Shown one piece after another: positions 19,633 through 31,493 of a stretch of 64,000 nucleotides of DNA. The first letter of the stretch is position 1. Every line of letters starts with the position of its first letter. The DNA is from Waterburya sp. (GTDB taxonomy: Bacteria; Cyanobacteriota; Cyanobacteriia; Cyanobacteriales; Xenococcaceae), in NCBI GenBank assembly GCA_965217895.1, contig CBDCJV010000002.1:5024001-5088000 (forward strand), given 5' to 3'. A model generated the notes under the pieces. That model saw only the letters and a program-made list of their open reading frames with translations, was not told the origin of the DNA and ran no database searches. The position numbers were made by a program, and so were the translations under genes.

Positions 19633-20706
19633 TCATTTCTCAGATTGAGAAATGTCTTCTACTTCAATAATTCCTCCACCCAGAACCATTTCCCCACTAT
19701 AAAATACCGCTGCTTGACCAGGTGTTACCCCAAACTGATGTTCGGCGAACATAACTTTGATCCGAGAGTTGGCGAGGGGAATTATTTGGGCAGAGACAGG
19801 TTTGGAGCGATAGCGAATTTGGACTTCAGCTTGAATTGGCGTGGTTGGTTCGGCAATAGAAACCCAGTTTAACCTAGAAACAGTGCATTCTAAGCGTCCT
19901 CCTGCATGGCGATCGCCAACCACAACCCGATTCATTACCGCATCTAACTTGACTACGTATAAAGGTTCAGCAGCAGCAATACCTAAGCCCCTTCTTTGCC
20001 CAATGGTGTAGTGATGAATGCCCGTATGTTTACCCAAGACATTGCCCGCCATGTCTACAATATCGCCTTCTTTTTGGTTGATATAGCGGTCTAAAAAGGT
20101 TTGCATTGAGCCATGAGCCTCTACTAAACACAGATCTTGACTTTCGGGTTTGTCCGCTGTGGCTAAACCAAATTCTGCTGCGACTCTACGAGTTTCTTCT
20201 TTGGTTTGATTTCCCAAAGGAAAAACCGAACCCGCCAGCAATTCTTGAGTCAGATCGTAAAGAAAATAAGACTGATCCTTATGGCGATCTACGGCTCTTA
20301 GAAGCTGATAGCGATCGCTTTGTGGATCGTAATTAATACGAGCATAATGACCCGTGGCAATTTTATCTGTGTCTAGTTCTTTTTTGGCGTAGTCCAACAT
20401 GGGGGAAAACTTCACTGCTCGATTGCATTGAGAACAAGGTAGAGGAGTAATTCCTGCTTGATAACCGCTAACTAGAAAATCAATAATATTTTCTTGAAAT
20501 ACATCTCGACTATCGACAATATGGTGGGGAATTTCTAATTCTTCACACAGTCGTGCAGCATCCACCATACCTTCAGAGCAGCACTGACCTTTCCCCTTCA
20601 TTAACCAGAGGGTAAGACCAATCACTTCGTAACCTTGATAATGTAGGGTGGCAGCAGCAACAGAACTGTCAACTCCGCCAGACAAGCCGACAACGACCTT
20701 ATTCAT
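19633..20706 (-). CDS. mnmA: tRNA 2-thiouridine(34) synthase
   Basis: [34 protein letters not shown]. Confidence 0.97.
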   Translation of the reverse strand: MNKVVVGLSGGVDSSVAAATLHYQGYEVIGLTLWLMKGKGQCCSEGMVDAARLCEELEIPHHIVDSRDVFQENIIDFLVSGYQAGITPLPCSQCNRAVKFSPMLDYAKKELDTDKIATGHYARINYDPQSDRYQLLRAVDRHKDQSYFLYDLTQELLAGSVFPLGNQTKEETRRVAAEFGLATADKPESQDLCLVEAHGSMQTFLDRYINQKEGDIVDMAGNVLGKHTGIHHYTIGQRRGLGIAAAEPLYVVKLDAVMNRVVVGDRHAGGRLECTVSRLNWVSIAEPTTPIQAEVQIRYRSKPVSAQIIPLANSRIKVMFAEHQFGVTPGQAAVFYSGEMVLGGGIIEVEDISQSEK

Positions 20707-20943
20707 GAAATTAACTGATATAAATACTACTAACTTCTATGGATGATATTGAGGATATTTAGAAAATAAGAATATCCTTTCTTCAACGATAACAATTTGC
20801 AACAGGTGCGATCATTCTATACAATATCTTATTTTAATAATTCTAGCTGCGATTTTCCTTAGTCACAAAAATCGCGATCGCCATCTCCTTGGTCTTGCTT
20901 TTTATAGCTAATTTGAATATGGTCTTTAAGTTTTAAATAGTGA

Positions 20944-21858
20944 ATGATTTTTCCAGTCAACAATTTTATTGGTGAGATAGCTGCTTTAAGTGCTGCTTTA
21001 CTTTGGGCGATCTCTTCCGTTGTTTATATTCATTTAGGGTTAAAGATTCCACCGCTACAGCTTAATCTTTATAAGGGCATAATGGCGATCGCCTTCATCA
21101 CCGTAACTTTACTTATTCAAGGTGCAGCTTTGAGAAATTTATCTCCTCAAACATTATTTTTGCTGTTCCTGAGCGGTGTTGTGGGCATCGGCTTGGGAGA
21201 TACAGCTTATTTTGCAGCCTTAAATAGTTTAGGGGCAAGACGCACTCTTTTGTTAGAAACCTTTTCGCCACCAATGGGTGCATTGCTGGCTTTAATTTTT
21301 ATTGGCGAACAGCTAGCTATGAGTGCCTGGATCGGGATTTTATTAACTATTTTGGGGATAGCCTGGGTCATTAGTGAACGAAACCCTGTAGACAATATCA
21401 GTGTGTCACGGCAAGGCATCATCTGGGGAATTTTAGCTGCGATCGCTCAAGCAGTTGGTGCAGTTATCTCTCGTTTTGCTCTAACACAGTCAGATATAAC
21501 CCCTTTAGCCAGCACCTTGATTCGTTTGCTAGGTGGTACGGCGATTGTTTTGGGTTTGATATTTATACCTCTACCTATTGCTCAAAAAACTGGCACTAGA
21601 ATTAAATGGCAGCTATCTTGGCATAGTCTCAAGATAATTGCGATCGCAGCTATGGGAAGTACCTATCTTGGCATCTGGCTACAGCAAACATCACTTAAAT
21701 TTGCCCCTACAGGAATTGCTCAAACTTTTTTAGCCACCAGTCCTTTATTTGTGATGCCCATAGTTGCCCTACAAGGAGAAAAGATTAGTTGGCGAGCAAT
21801 ACTAGGAGTGATAGTCTCGTTAGGTGGAATTGCTCTCATCTTTATTTGCCAAAGCTAA
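20944..21858 (+). CDS. DMT/EamA family transporter
   Basis: About ten TM segments; GIGLGDTAYF. Confidence 0.9.
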   Translation: MIFPVNNFIGEIAALSAALLWAISSVVYIHLGLKIPPLQLNLYKGIMAIAFITVTLLIQGAALRNLSPQTLFLLFLSGVVGIGLGDTAYFAALNSLGARRTLLLETFSPPMGALLALIFIGEQLAMSAWIGILLTILGIAWVISERNPVDNISVSRQGIIWGILAAIAQAVGAVISRFALTQSDITPLASTLIRLLGGTAIVLGLIFIPLPIAQKTGTRIKWQLSWHSLKIIAIAAMGSTYLGIWLQQTSLKFAPTGIAQTFLATSPLFVMPIVALQGEKISWRAILGVIVSLGGIALIFICQS

Positions 21859-22389
21859 ATAAGGGACTAAGCCTAGTAGACTTAGACGTAAATAAATTCA
21901 CCATTGGTTTAACTTGAAACCCCAACTGTATCTAACTTTCTACTCTTTACTTCCTACTTCTTACTTAAGCGAAGCGGTACTAGAGCGATCGCCTCAAATG
22001 CTTGCCGAAAACCAATAAGCAAAATATTAAGATTAGCCAGTTGTTTTCCTCAAATTAGCAATGCTATTTAGTAATGCTATAATGCTAAAGCAACATTTTG
22101 TTACATAAATTTTAATGTAACGTTGCCAAAAATGTACTGGTTCACTGTAGCTTTATTGGCAGTAGGGCTGCAAATAATAGTAGTGGAAGACAGTAAATCA
22201 AATCACATAAAAACACTTACAGTATTTTACATTTAGCGTCATTGATGGTAAAAATATTTAGCAATATCAAGCTATTTAATGATCGATAAGGCAATTTAAA
22301 AGAATGCAATTAAAGCGTGGCATTCTGAATTACTTGTCAAAGAGCGCAATTTTTATAGTTAGTAATTGGGCAAACAAGCTCAAATAATA

Positions 22390-23124
22390 ATGAATCCACC
22401 CTCAAATCAACTACGGGCAATAGTGACAGGTGCAAGTAGTGGTATTGGAAAAGCAACTGCCTTAGCCTTTGCTAAATCGGGTATTGAGGTTGCTCTAGTA
22501 AGTCGTTCGGCAAAAAGGCTAAAAGCCGTAGCGGATGAAATAAATGCTCTAGAAACTCAAGCTAAAGCAAGCGTTTATCCTATAGATTTAGCAATTGTAG
22601 ATCGAGTCAAGCTAAAGATTGCTGAAATTTGCGATCATTTTGGCTCTATTGATATTCTGGTCAATAATGCAGGAATGGGATATACCAACTCTTTAAGTAA
22701 GACAACCTTGGAAGATTGGCAAAAAGTGATCGAACTGAACCTAAATAGCCCTTTTCAATGTATACAGGGAGTCTTACCGCAAATGCGCGATCGCCGCAAA
22801 GGTACAATTATTAATGTTGCCTCAATTGCTGCGTTTAATGCCTTTCCTGATTGGGGTGCTTATGGTGTCAGCAAAGCTGCTTTAGTGGCATTGGGCAAAG
22901 CTTTATCAGTAGAAGAAAGAGCCAATGGTATTCGCACAGTAACAATCTCTCCTGGTTCGGTTAATACGCCAATTTGGGATACAGATACCGTCCAGGCAGA
23001 CTTCAACCGCGAAGCAATGTTGACCCCAGAAACTGTTGCCCAATCGATACTCCACACAGCTTTACTACCTGATTGCGCAGTAGTAGAAGAGATGATTGTT
23101 ACGCCCAGTGGAGGGGCATTATAA
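22390..23124 (+). CDS. SDR family oxidoreductase upstream of folE
   Basis: TGASSGIG, NNAG, YGVSK; ATG at 22390 preferred over TTG at 22366. Confidence 0.9.
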   Translation: MNPPSNQLRAIVTGASSGIGKATALAFAKSGIEVALVSRSAKRLKAVADEINALETQAKASVYPIDLAIVDRVKLKIAEICDHFGSIDILVNNAGMGYTNSLSKTTLEDWQKVIELNLNSPFQCIQGVLPQMRDRRKGTIINVASIAAFNAFPDWGAYGVSKAALVALGKALSVEERANGIRTVTISPGSVNTPIWDTDTVQADFNREAMLTPETVAQSILHTALLPDCAVVEEMIVTPSGGAL

Positions 23125-23228
23125 GTAACGTTTACCACGGCGTATTTTAGATATGAATTTCCATATATAAAAGTCGCCTTACTAAATTTAGTAGCAAGAG
23201 GACAGAGTTTTACTCGCATTAATTAATT

Positions 23229-23957
23229 ATGACAACAGTTTCTTCTAACGGTTCTAGTAGTTCAGAATCTTTTAACAATAATGCTTCTAACCCATTAAAA
23301 TCTAGTCTGCGAGAGCAAATTGCTAGTAGACCCGATCGCAATACCCATAATGGCAAGGCTGCTCAAATAAAAGCAAAATCTGAAGCTGCCAAAGAAAAAA
23401 TGATGGAAGCAGTTTATACAATGTTGGAGTGTGTAGGCGAAGATCCAGAGCGAGAAGGATTGCTCAAAACTCCTAAGCGAGTTGCCGAAGCAATGGAGTA
23501 CTTGACTAGTGGCTATAACCAGTCTTTAGAAACCCTAGTTAATAATGCCATTTTTGACGAAGGACATAATGAAATGGTGTTGGTCAGAGACATCAACTTC
23601 TTTAGTCTCTGTGAGCATCATATGCTGCCCTTTATGGGTAGAGCGCACGTAGCCTATATTCCTAATCAAAAAGTAGTCGGTTTAAGTAAGCTTGCCCGTA
23701 TTGTCGAAATGTATGCTCGTCGTTTACAGGTACAAGAGCGTCTTACTCGCCAAATTGCTGAGGCAATTCAAGAAACATTAGAACCCCAGGGAGTTGCTGT
23801 GGTGATGGAAGCGACTCATATGTGTATGTCCATGCGCGGAGTACAAAAACCTGGATCTTGGACAGTAACTAGCGCGATGCTAGGCGTATTTCAAGACGAA
23901 CAGAAAACTCGTGAAGAATTTCTCAATTTAATTCGTCATCAACCTAGTTTTATGTAA
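23229..23957 (+). CDS. folE: GTP cyclohydrolase I
   Basis: [33 protein letters not shown]. Confidence 0.97.
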   Translation: MTTVSSNGSSSSESFNNNASNPLKSSLREQIASRPDRNTHNGKAAQIKAKSEAAKEKMMEAVYTMLECVGEDPEREGLLKTPKRVAEAMEYLTSGYNQSLETLVNNAIFDEGHNEMVLVRDINFFSLCEHHMLPFMGRAHVAYIPNQKVVGLSKLARIVEMYARRLQVQERLTRQIAEAIQETLEPQGVAVVMEATHMCMSMRGVQKPGSWTVTSAMLGVFQDEQKTREEFLNLIRHQPSFM

Positions 23958-24026
23958 AAGCATTGTATCAGCAAGTTTTTAGTTCAGATAACCTGATAAT
24001 CTGATCGGTGTTTTGTCAATTTAAAT

Positions 24027-24131
24027 TTGCTGTTCCGTCTAGGAACAGCACGGAAACTCCTAAACGGGAAGCCACGCGACGCGGACTTGGGAATGCTGAG
24101 GGAGCAAGGGAAAGCGCGAGTCTTAACTAGT
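24027..24131 (+). promoter_or_regulatory. Putative structured 5' leader of pyrB
   Basis: Perfect 9-bp hairpin TGCTGTTCC-GTCTA-GGAACAGCA in a GC-rich stretch ending at the pyrB ATG; not matched to a known family. Confidence 0.4.
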
Positions 24132-25127
24132 ATGGTAATTAGCACTTGGACAAGAAGACATATTTTGTCTTTAATTGATTTTACGGCAGCAGAATATGAG
24201 ACTGTATTACAAACCGCAGCTAGCTTCCAGAAAGTACTCTCAGGGAGAACTAAAAAAGTTCCTGCACTCCAGGGTAGGGTTGTGGCAAATATGTTCTTTG
24301 AACCTTCTACCCGCACCCGCAGTAGTTTTGAATTGGCAGCTAAAAGATTATCCGCCGATATTTTAAATTTTTCTCCTGGTAATTCTTCCCTCAGCAAAGG
24401 AGAAACAATCTTAGATACGGCAAAAACATATCTGGCAATGGGTGCGGACATCCTGGTGATTCGCCATCAAGAAGCGGGTGTGCCTCAAGCGATCGCCAGG
24501 GAGATGGATCGCCTAAATTCTGGGGTAACTATACTTAATGCAGGAGATGGTTTACATCAACATCCTTCCCAGGCTTTGCTGGATCTATTTACCCTTACTT
24601 CTATCTTAGATGCCGATAACCCTCGTTTGGAATTATTAGCAGGTAAAAAAATTGCGATCGTCGGCGATATTCTTCATTCTAGAGTAGCTCGTTCTAATAT
24701 TTATAGCCTGACCGCAGCAGGTGCAGAAGTTCACTTAGCAGCACCTCCTACCCTTCTACCTAAAGCCTTTTTAGCAATGGTAGACCCAGAGAGTCAGGGT
24801 AAATTAGTTCTCCATTGGGAATTAAACCCCGCCTTAGAAAAGGCTGATTTTGTGATGACGCTGCGGTTGCAAAAAGAAAGAATGACGGCGAATTTTATTC
24901 CTAGCTTACGAGAATATCATCAACTGTTTGGGATTACACGTGATCGCCTAAAAATATGCAGCCCTAATGTTAAAGTACTTCATCCTGGTCCAACAAATCG
25001 TGGCGTAGAAATAACCTCAGACCTAATGGACGATCCTAGCTTGAGTCTCATTCCTCAACAGGTGACAAGCGGTGTATCAACTCGTATGGCATTATTATAT
25101 TTGATCGGCTTAAAGGGCGAAAGTTAG
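24132..25127 (+). CDS. pyrB: Aspartate carbamoyltransferase catalytic subunit
   Basis: [27 protein letters not shown]; homology begins at [13 protein letters not shown] (ATG 24132). Confidence 0.96.
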   Translation: MVISTWTRRHILSLIDFTAAEYETVLQTAASFQKVLSGRTKKVPALQGRVVANMFFEPSTRTRSSFELAAKRLSADILNFSPGNSSLSKGETILDTAKTYLAMGADILVIRHQEAGVPQAIAREMDRLNSGVTILNAGDGLHQHPSQALLDLFTLTSILDADNPRLELLAGKKIAIVGDILHSRVARSNIYSLTAAGAEVHLAAPPTLLPKAFLAMVDPESQGKLVLHWELNPALEKADFVMTLRLQKERMTANFIPSLREYHQLFGITRDRLKICSPNVKVLHPGPTNRGVEITSDLMDDPSLSLIPQQVTSGVSTRMALLYLIGLKGES

Positions 25128-25132
25128 CAGCT

Positions 25133-25181
25133 TAAGCAGGTGGGTAAAATCTTGCTTATTCGATTTTATATTTAATTCTGC
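25133..25181. repeat. Compact copy of the TAAG(T/C)AGG repeat family
   Basis: TAAGCAGGTGGGT followed by AAAATCTTGCTTATTCGATTTTATATTTAATT, near-identical to 7143-7174. Confidence 0.65.
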
Positions 25182-25313
25182 TCTCCTAAAGAGTTGTTGG
25201 GGTTCATGTAGGCGATCGCAGTCGTAATGAAGCCAGACGACTTTGGCAGTCGATTCCACTTTAGGACTACCAAAAGTTATTATTAAGTCATCGCACGGGT
25301 TCAGGAGGTTTTC

Positions 25314-25892
25314 GTGATGACGGCAATTAATATTTCTGCATTTACTGAAAGAATAAGCGATCGCGAATTAGAGAAGCTTTGTACGGATAATCCAGAAACT
25401 AGGTTTGAAATTACCCAGACAGGAAGATTAATCGTTATGTCGCCAACAGGAAGTGAAAGCGGTAGAAAAAACTCAAAGCTATTAATTAAAGTGGGGATTT
25501 GGAACGAACGAAAAAAATTAGGCGAGGTGTTTGATTCATCTACTGGTTTTAAACTATCTAATGGAGCAACTAGATCTCCTGACGTTAGTTGGATTGAGTT
25601 AAATCGATGGCAAGCTATACCAAAACAACTGCAACGTAAATTTGCCCCTATCGATCCCGATTTTGTAATCGAGCTCATGTCTCCCACTGACGATTTAACT
25701 CAGCTACAGAAAAAAATGGTTGAATATATGGACTGCGGTGTTAAGTTAGGCTGGTTGATTAATCCCGATGATCAGCAGGTGGAGATCTATCGCAACGGTA
25801 AAGATAAAGAGGTACTAGACAACCCCAGCAATATAGACGGTGAAAATATCTTGACTGGTTTGAGCGTCGATTTTACAGATATATTCAACTAG
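25314..25892 (+). CDS. Uma2 family (PD-(D/E)XK) endonuclease
   Basis: FDSSTGF, RSPDVSW, PDFVIELMSPTD, GVKLGWLINP; AGGAGG RBS. Confidence 0.93.
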   Translation: MMTAINISAFTERISDRELEKLCTDNPETRFEITQTGRLIVMSPTGSESGRKNSKLLIKVGIWNERKKLGEVFDSSTGFKLSNGATRSPDVSWIELNRWQAIPKQLQRKFAPIDPDFVIELMSPTDDLTQLQKKMVEYMDCGVKLGWLINPDDQQVEIYRNGKDKEVLDNPSNIDGENILTGLSVDFTDIFN

Positions 25893-26087
25893 AACTAGTG
25901 GGAAGAAAATCTAATCCTACTTGCTTATATTGTGCCTACTTACTTAATTAAAAACAAATCAATTTACTCAATTTTCCAACTCTAAATTTGGTATTTGACT
26001 AAACTTTCTCATCTCACTTTTTTGTCAGTCAATCAGGCTTTTAAAAGTATTATTCAATTTCTTCATAAATCTAATCACAATAATTTA

Positions 26088-27311
26088 ATGAAAACAGCAA
26101 TTATATGTTCTAGCTTTTTTCCTGTGATAGATGGTGTAACTATTGCCATATTTAATAGGCTCAAGCAGCTTAGTATTTCTGGACATCAAGTAATTGTATT
26201 TTGTCCAGACTATGAACCTATTAAGCATATTTATCTTGACTATCAAGAATATGTTGGTGAGATATTTCCTAATGTCAAAGTCATTAATCTTGCTAGTACA
26301 AAATCTCTCGCCTTGGACTTTGAACGTGATGTCACAATAAAGTCCTATCAAACTGTAATTAAAGAACTAAAAAAGTTTCAGCCAGATATTATTCATATAG
26401 ATGAAGCAGAAAGATTAGGTTTTTGCTTTCTCAAACTACCTGGAGTTAAATACGCCAAGCAAAATAATATTCCTTGCGTAGCCTGGTTTCATACTAACTA
26501 TAGTGATTATTTTGATGATTATTTTAATTTGCCATTAGGAATCAATAAGGTAATCAAAAAGGTATTAGAAGTTCTTTTTAAAAAAATATATAACGCTTAT
26601 GATTTAACTTTAGTATCTAGTTCTGTAACTGCACAAAAACTTACAAAATTAGGTATTAAAAATACATATTGTGCTGATTTACTTGGCTATGATTCAAAAT
26701 ATTTTGCTAATAGTGATTCTGATTTTTTTAGCAAACAATACAACATACATAATATAGAAAATAAAATAAAACTAATATTTATCGGACGTTTAACTCCCGA
26801 CAAAGGCTGGAATTTTACTTTAAAATCTTTGGCTAATTTATCGCCTGATATCCGAAACAAGATTGCCATTATTATTGCTGGAGATGGCGCGCTTAAAGAT
26901 GAAATAGAGGCATCTTTAAAACATCTAACGCCTAATGTTTATTTATTAGGTAGAATCGCACCCGAAACTGTACCTACATTACTAAGTAATGGAGATATAT
27001 TTATCACTAATTCTGAAAAAGAAACCAGAGGTTTAACCGTCATTGAGGCTGCTGCTGCGGGAACACCTGCGATCGCGCCACGAGCAGGAGGAGTTATAGA
27101 TACAATTAAAGATGGGGAAACTGGCTTTCTATATCAACCTCAGAATCAAGCAGATTTCTTGGATAAGTTAGCCTTGTTAATTTCTAATGCTGATTTACGT
27201 CAGTCAATGGGAATAAAAGCAAAAGAAGCTTCTAAACAATGGACTTGGGAGCAAACTATTAATAATCTAATAGAAATTTGGTCAGACGAAATTAAGAAAT
27301 CAGGTAGATAA
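26088..27311 (+). CDS. GT4 family glycosyltransferase
   Basis: FFPVIDGV, GRLTPDKG, E-x7-E motif ETRGLTVIEA; very AT-rich; ATG at 26088 preferred. Confidence 0.9.
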   Translation: MKTAIICSSFFPVIDGVTIAIFNRLKQLSISGHQVIVFCPDYEPIKHIYLDYQEYVGEIFPNVKVINLASTKSLALDFERDVTIKSYQTVIKELKKFQPDIIHIDEAERLGFCFLKLPGVKYAKQNNIPCVAWFHTNYSDYFDDYFNLPLGINKVIKKVLEVLFKKIYNAYDLTLVSSSVTAQKLTKLGIKNTYCADLLGYDSKYFANSDSDFFSKQYNIHNIENKIKLIFIGRLTPDKGWNFTLKSLANLSPDIRNKIAIIIAGDGALKDEIEASLKHLTPNVYLLGRIAPETVPTLLSNGDIFITNSEKETRGLTVIEAAAAGTPAIAPRAGGVIDTIKDGETGFLYQPQNQADFLDKLALLISNADLRQSMGIKAKEASKQWTWEQTINNLIEIWSDEIKKSGR

Positions 27312-27342
27312 ATCGAAATATTAGAGAAAACAGTCAACGTTA

Positions 27343-27363
27343 CACCGCCGTAAAACGACGGTG
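27343..27363. repeat. Imperfect hairpin between convergent genes (terminator or IS200/IS605-end-like)
   Basis: CACCGCCGT-AAA-ACGACGGTG, with one mismatch in the stem. Confidence 0.4.
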
Positions 27364-27373
27364 CTATTTATTA

Positions 27374-28051
27374 TTACCAAGGCAAAATCTCCCCATTAGA
27401 ATGCCAAAAAGTTCCTGTATTGTTGAGATCTAATTCTTTAATACGAGTCAGTAAACCTTTGACTGAAGTTTCGGTGGTAATTCCTGAATCGCTAAAATTA
27501 GTCATGCGAGTTTTAACCAACCCTGGATGCAAAATAGCCACCGCAATACCTTTAGGCTTTAAATCATGAGCTAAAGACTTGCCTGCCATTGACAAGGCTA
27601 CTTTAGACATTCGATAGCCATAAGAGCCACCAGAGGTATTGTCTTCAATTGAACCCATACGACTAGTCATCAAAACAACTTTTGAACCATTATCTAAATT
27701 AGGTAACAATGCCTTGGTAAGTCGTAAGGTGGCGATCGCATTTACCTCAAATTGCCGACGAATACTATCAAAATCAAGATCTTCTAAGGTTATTCGCTCT
27801 ACTATTCCCGCGTTATTAATTAAAACATCAATTGCTTTACCATTCAGTTTGGCAACTAAATTATTAACAGCTTGTTCAGAAGTAAGATCGACATCCTTTT
27901 CTATCTGAACTTCTAAAGCCTCTAACTCCTCAGAAGGCGATCTGCATACAGCAATTACTTCATGTCCCTGCTCTTTTAACTGCCGACAATACTCTAAGCC
28001 GATGCCTCTATTTGTTCCCGTAATTAAATATGTTTTTGCCATTTTCTTCAT
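27374..28051 (-). CDS. SDR family oxidoreductase (CsgA-like)
   Basis: TGTNRGIG, NNAG, YRMSK, LHPGLVKTRM. Confidence 0.92.
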   Translation of the reverse strand: MKKMAKTYLITGTNRGIGLEYCRQLKEQGHEVIAVCRSPSEELEALEVQIEKDVDLTSEQAVNNLVAKLNGKAIDVLINNAGIVERITLEDLDFDSIRRQFEVNAIATLRLTKALLPNLDNGSKVVLMTSRMGSIEDNTSGGSYGYRMSKVALSMAGKSLAHDLKPKGIAVAILHPGLVKTRMTNFSDSGITTETSVKGLLTRIKELDLNNTGTFWHSNGEILPW

Positions 28052-28152
28052 CTCCCTACTTGTTACTTATCTTGAGGCTTTTTTTGTAGACGCGACTACC
28101 CATTGCTATCTTCCTAAAATTCCTTCAGCTATATTTTACTAGCTAGTTCATC

Positions 28153-28168
28153 TGTAACTTGCTTTACA
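28153..28168. promoter_or_regulatory. Candidate NtcA box
   Basis: TGTA-ACTTGCTT-TACA fits tGTA-N8-TACa; no canonical -10 element 22 nt away on either strand. Confidence 0.3.
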
Positions 28169-28430
28169 GTACAATAAAACTATATTGAATAAAAAATCAA
28201 ACATAAATAAAATTAGTTTTGCACTATTGATTGGCTATCCCTTATAACTGTCATTTGGAAGGAGGCTGAAATTTTTTTGGGGATAAATGGCGATCGCCAA
28301 ATTTACCAGCTTCAAACCAGGGATTGAACCTATAGTTAAAAACGATTACAGAAAGCTTTAAGGCGGTCACGAAAGCTTTTGTGTTAGAATTTTTGAGTGT
28401 TTTTTCATCAAGTAATAAATACGAAGCTAA

Positions 28431-30389
<1,959 letters not shown>

Positions 30390-30413
30390 TGGCTTATTTA
30401 CAATATATCTTTT

Positions 30414-30443
30414 AAAGTGTGAGCTTAATACTCACACTTTTTT
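30414..30443 (+). terminator. Rho-independent terminator of gyrB
   Basis: AAAGTGTGAG-CTTAATA-CTCACACTTT followed by a T-tract. Confidence 0.8.
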
Positions 30444-30448
30444 ATTTG

Positions 30449-30584
30449 GGCGTTGCTGAATCCAGGTATGATTCATAATTTTTACTCGTTGAGCAAATCA
30501 ATTAAAAAGCTAAGAGCTGATAGCTAAAAGCTAATAGCTACGAACAGATTACTTTTCGGTTTCATACTTCAAATCAGCAACGCC
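30449..30584. mobile_element. 136-bp MITE with 9-bp target-site duplication
   Basis: TIRs GGCGTTGCTGA...GTATGA and TCATAC...TCAGCAACGCC; TTTTATTTG duplicated at 30440-30448 and 30585-30593. Confidence 0.85.
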
Positions 30585-30629
30585 TTTTATTTGTTATTAC
30601 ATATTTGTCAACGTATAAAACTAATGCTC

Positions 30630-30900
30630 TTATTCTAAATTAAGTCCATTTTTGAAACTGACAATATTTCCTAAACTAACTTCTGGGAATTCTAAGTTTG
30701 AAAACTGATTGTATATTAAATTATTTAAACAATCTAGATTTGATAATAATTCTCCCTCTTTTAAAATTATACTATTAAGGCTTTTACCGAAAGCATTCAT
30801 AGTATCCTTCGCCTTCCGCGGTTTCGATACCCCAACGCTGCCCATAGTCATCAATGATGGTGTGACAATTTAATATGCCTGGGATTTTATTTATTTGCAA
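30630..30900 (-). pseudogene. Decayed coding fragments (HsdS-TRD-like, and possibly IS4-transposase-like)
   Basis: VSLGNIVSFKNGLN in one frame and DYGQRWGIET in another; only short motifs. Confidence 0.35.
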
Positions 30901-30907
30901 GTTCCTA

Positions 30908-30932
30908 AGGGCTTTTCGCGAAAAGTCCCTAC
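30908..30932 (-). repeat. GTAG-type REP-like palindrome
   Basis: Minus strand reads GTAGGGACTTTTCGCGAAAAGCCCT. Confidence 0.55.
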
Positions 30933-30977
30933 GTTAAATGTGCCGTCCTAAACTATACTTCGGCTGCTATAACTGCT

Positions 30978-31493
30978 CTAACTGTTGACAGGCTCAGTAT
31001 ACCCTTGAATAAACTCTGGCTCAAACTGACGCAATAATTTTGTAGCTTGTCGAATCACACTATCCGTCCCCTGGGTGACAATAATATACTGCCCTGCATT
31101 GAGACGATTACGATAGGTCAAAGCATCTCCACTGCCTACCGTTAAGCCAACACCACCGCCAACAAAAACTGCTCCTAATAATCCAGAGGCTGCCCCTAAG
31201 ACACCACCAATAATATGTTCGGTAATTGAGTTAGTAAAAGAAAAAAGTTCAATGCCTGTAAGTACGTTAAACGCATATCCGGCAACAAAACCAAAGGGAA
31301 CAAGCATATAAGCCAGCTTTTTTGCTCTTTTACTAGCCTGTTGATTAGGATCGATCAAGCCAAAGTCATCCGCACTTTGATAACCTTCACCCAATATAGT
31401 AATTTTTTCGGTTGGTATTCCATCTTGGCGTAATACCGAGTATGCTTCTTGTACCTGTTGTTTGTCGGCTAAAACTGTAACTAGATAATTCAT
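30978..31493 (-). CDS. Conserved hypothetical membrane protein (glycine-rich hairpin, general-stress-protein-like)
   Basis: Gly-rich hydrophobic hairpin; YRNRLNAGQYII; 4-bp overlap with the upstream glycosyltransferase. Confidence 0.8.
   Translation of the reverse strand: MNYLVTVLADKQQVQEAYSVLRQDGIPTEKITILGEGYQSADDFGLIDPNQQASKRAKKLAYMLVPFGFVAGYAFNVLTGIELFSFTNSITEHIIGGVLGAASGLLGAVFVGGGVGLTVGSGDALTYRNRLNAGQYIIVTQGTDSVIRQATKLLRQFEPEFIQGYTEPVNS

Noticed and set aside
24027..24131. 35-codon N-terminal extension of PyrB from TTG 24027 in the ORF track
   Set aside because: ATCase homology begins at ATG 24132; the extension looks like structured non-coding sequence.
24027..24131. Known RNA families (SRP, 6S, TPP, cobalamin, glutamine riboswitch, PyrR site)
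   Set aside because: Their diagnostic consensus elements are not present, so I left the leader unassigned.
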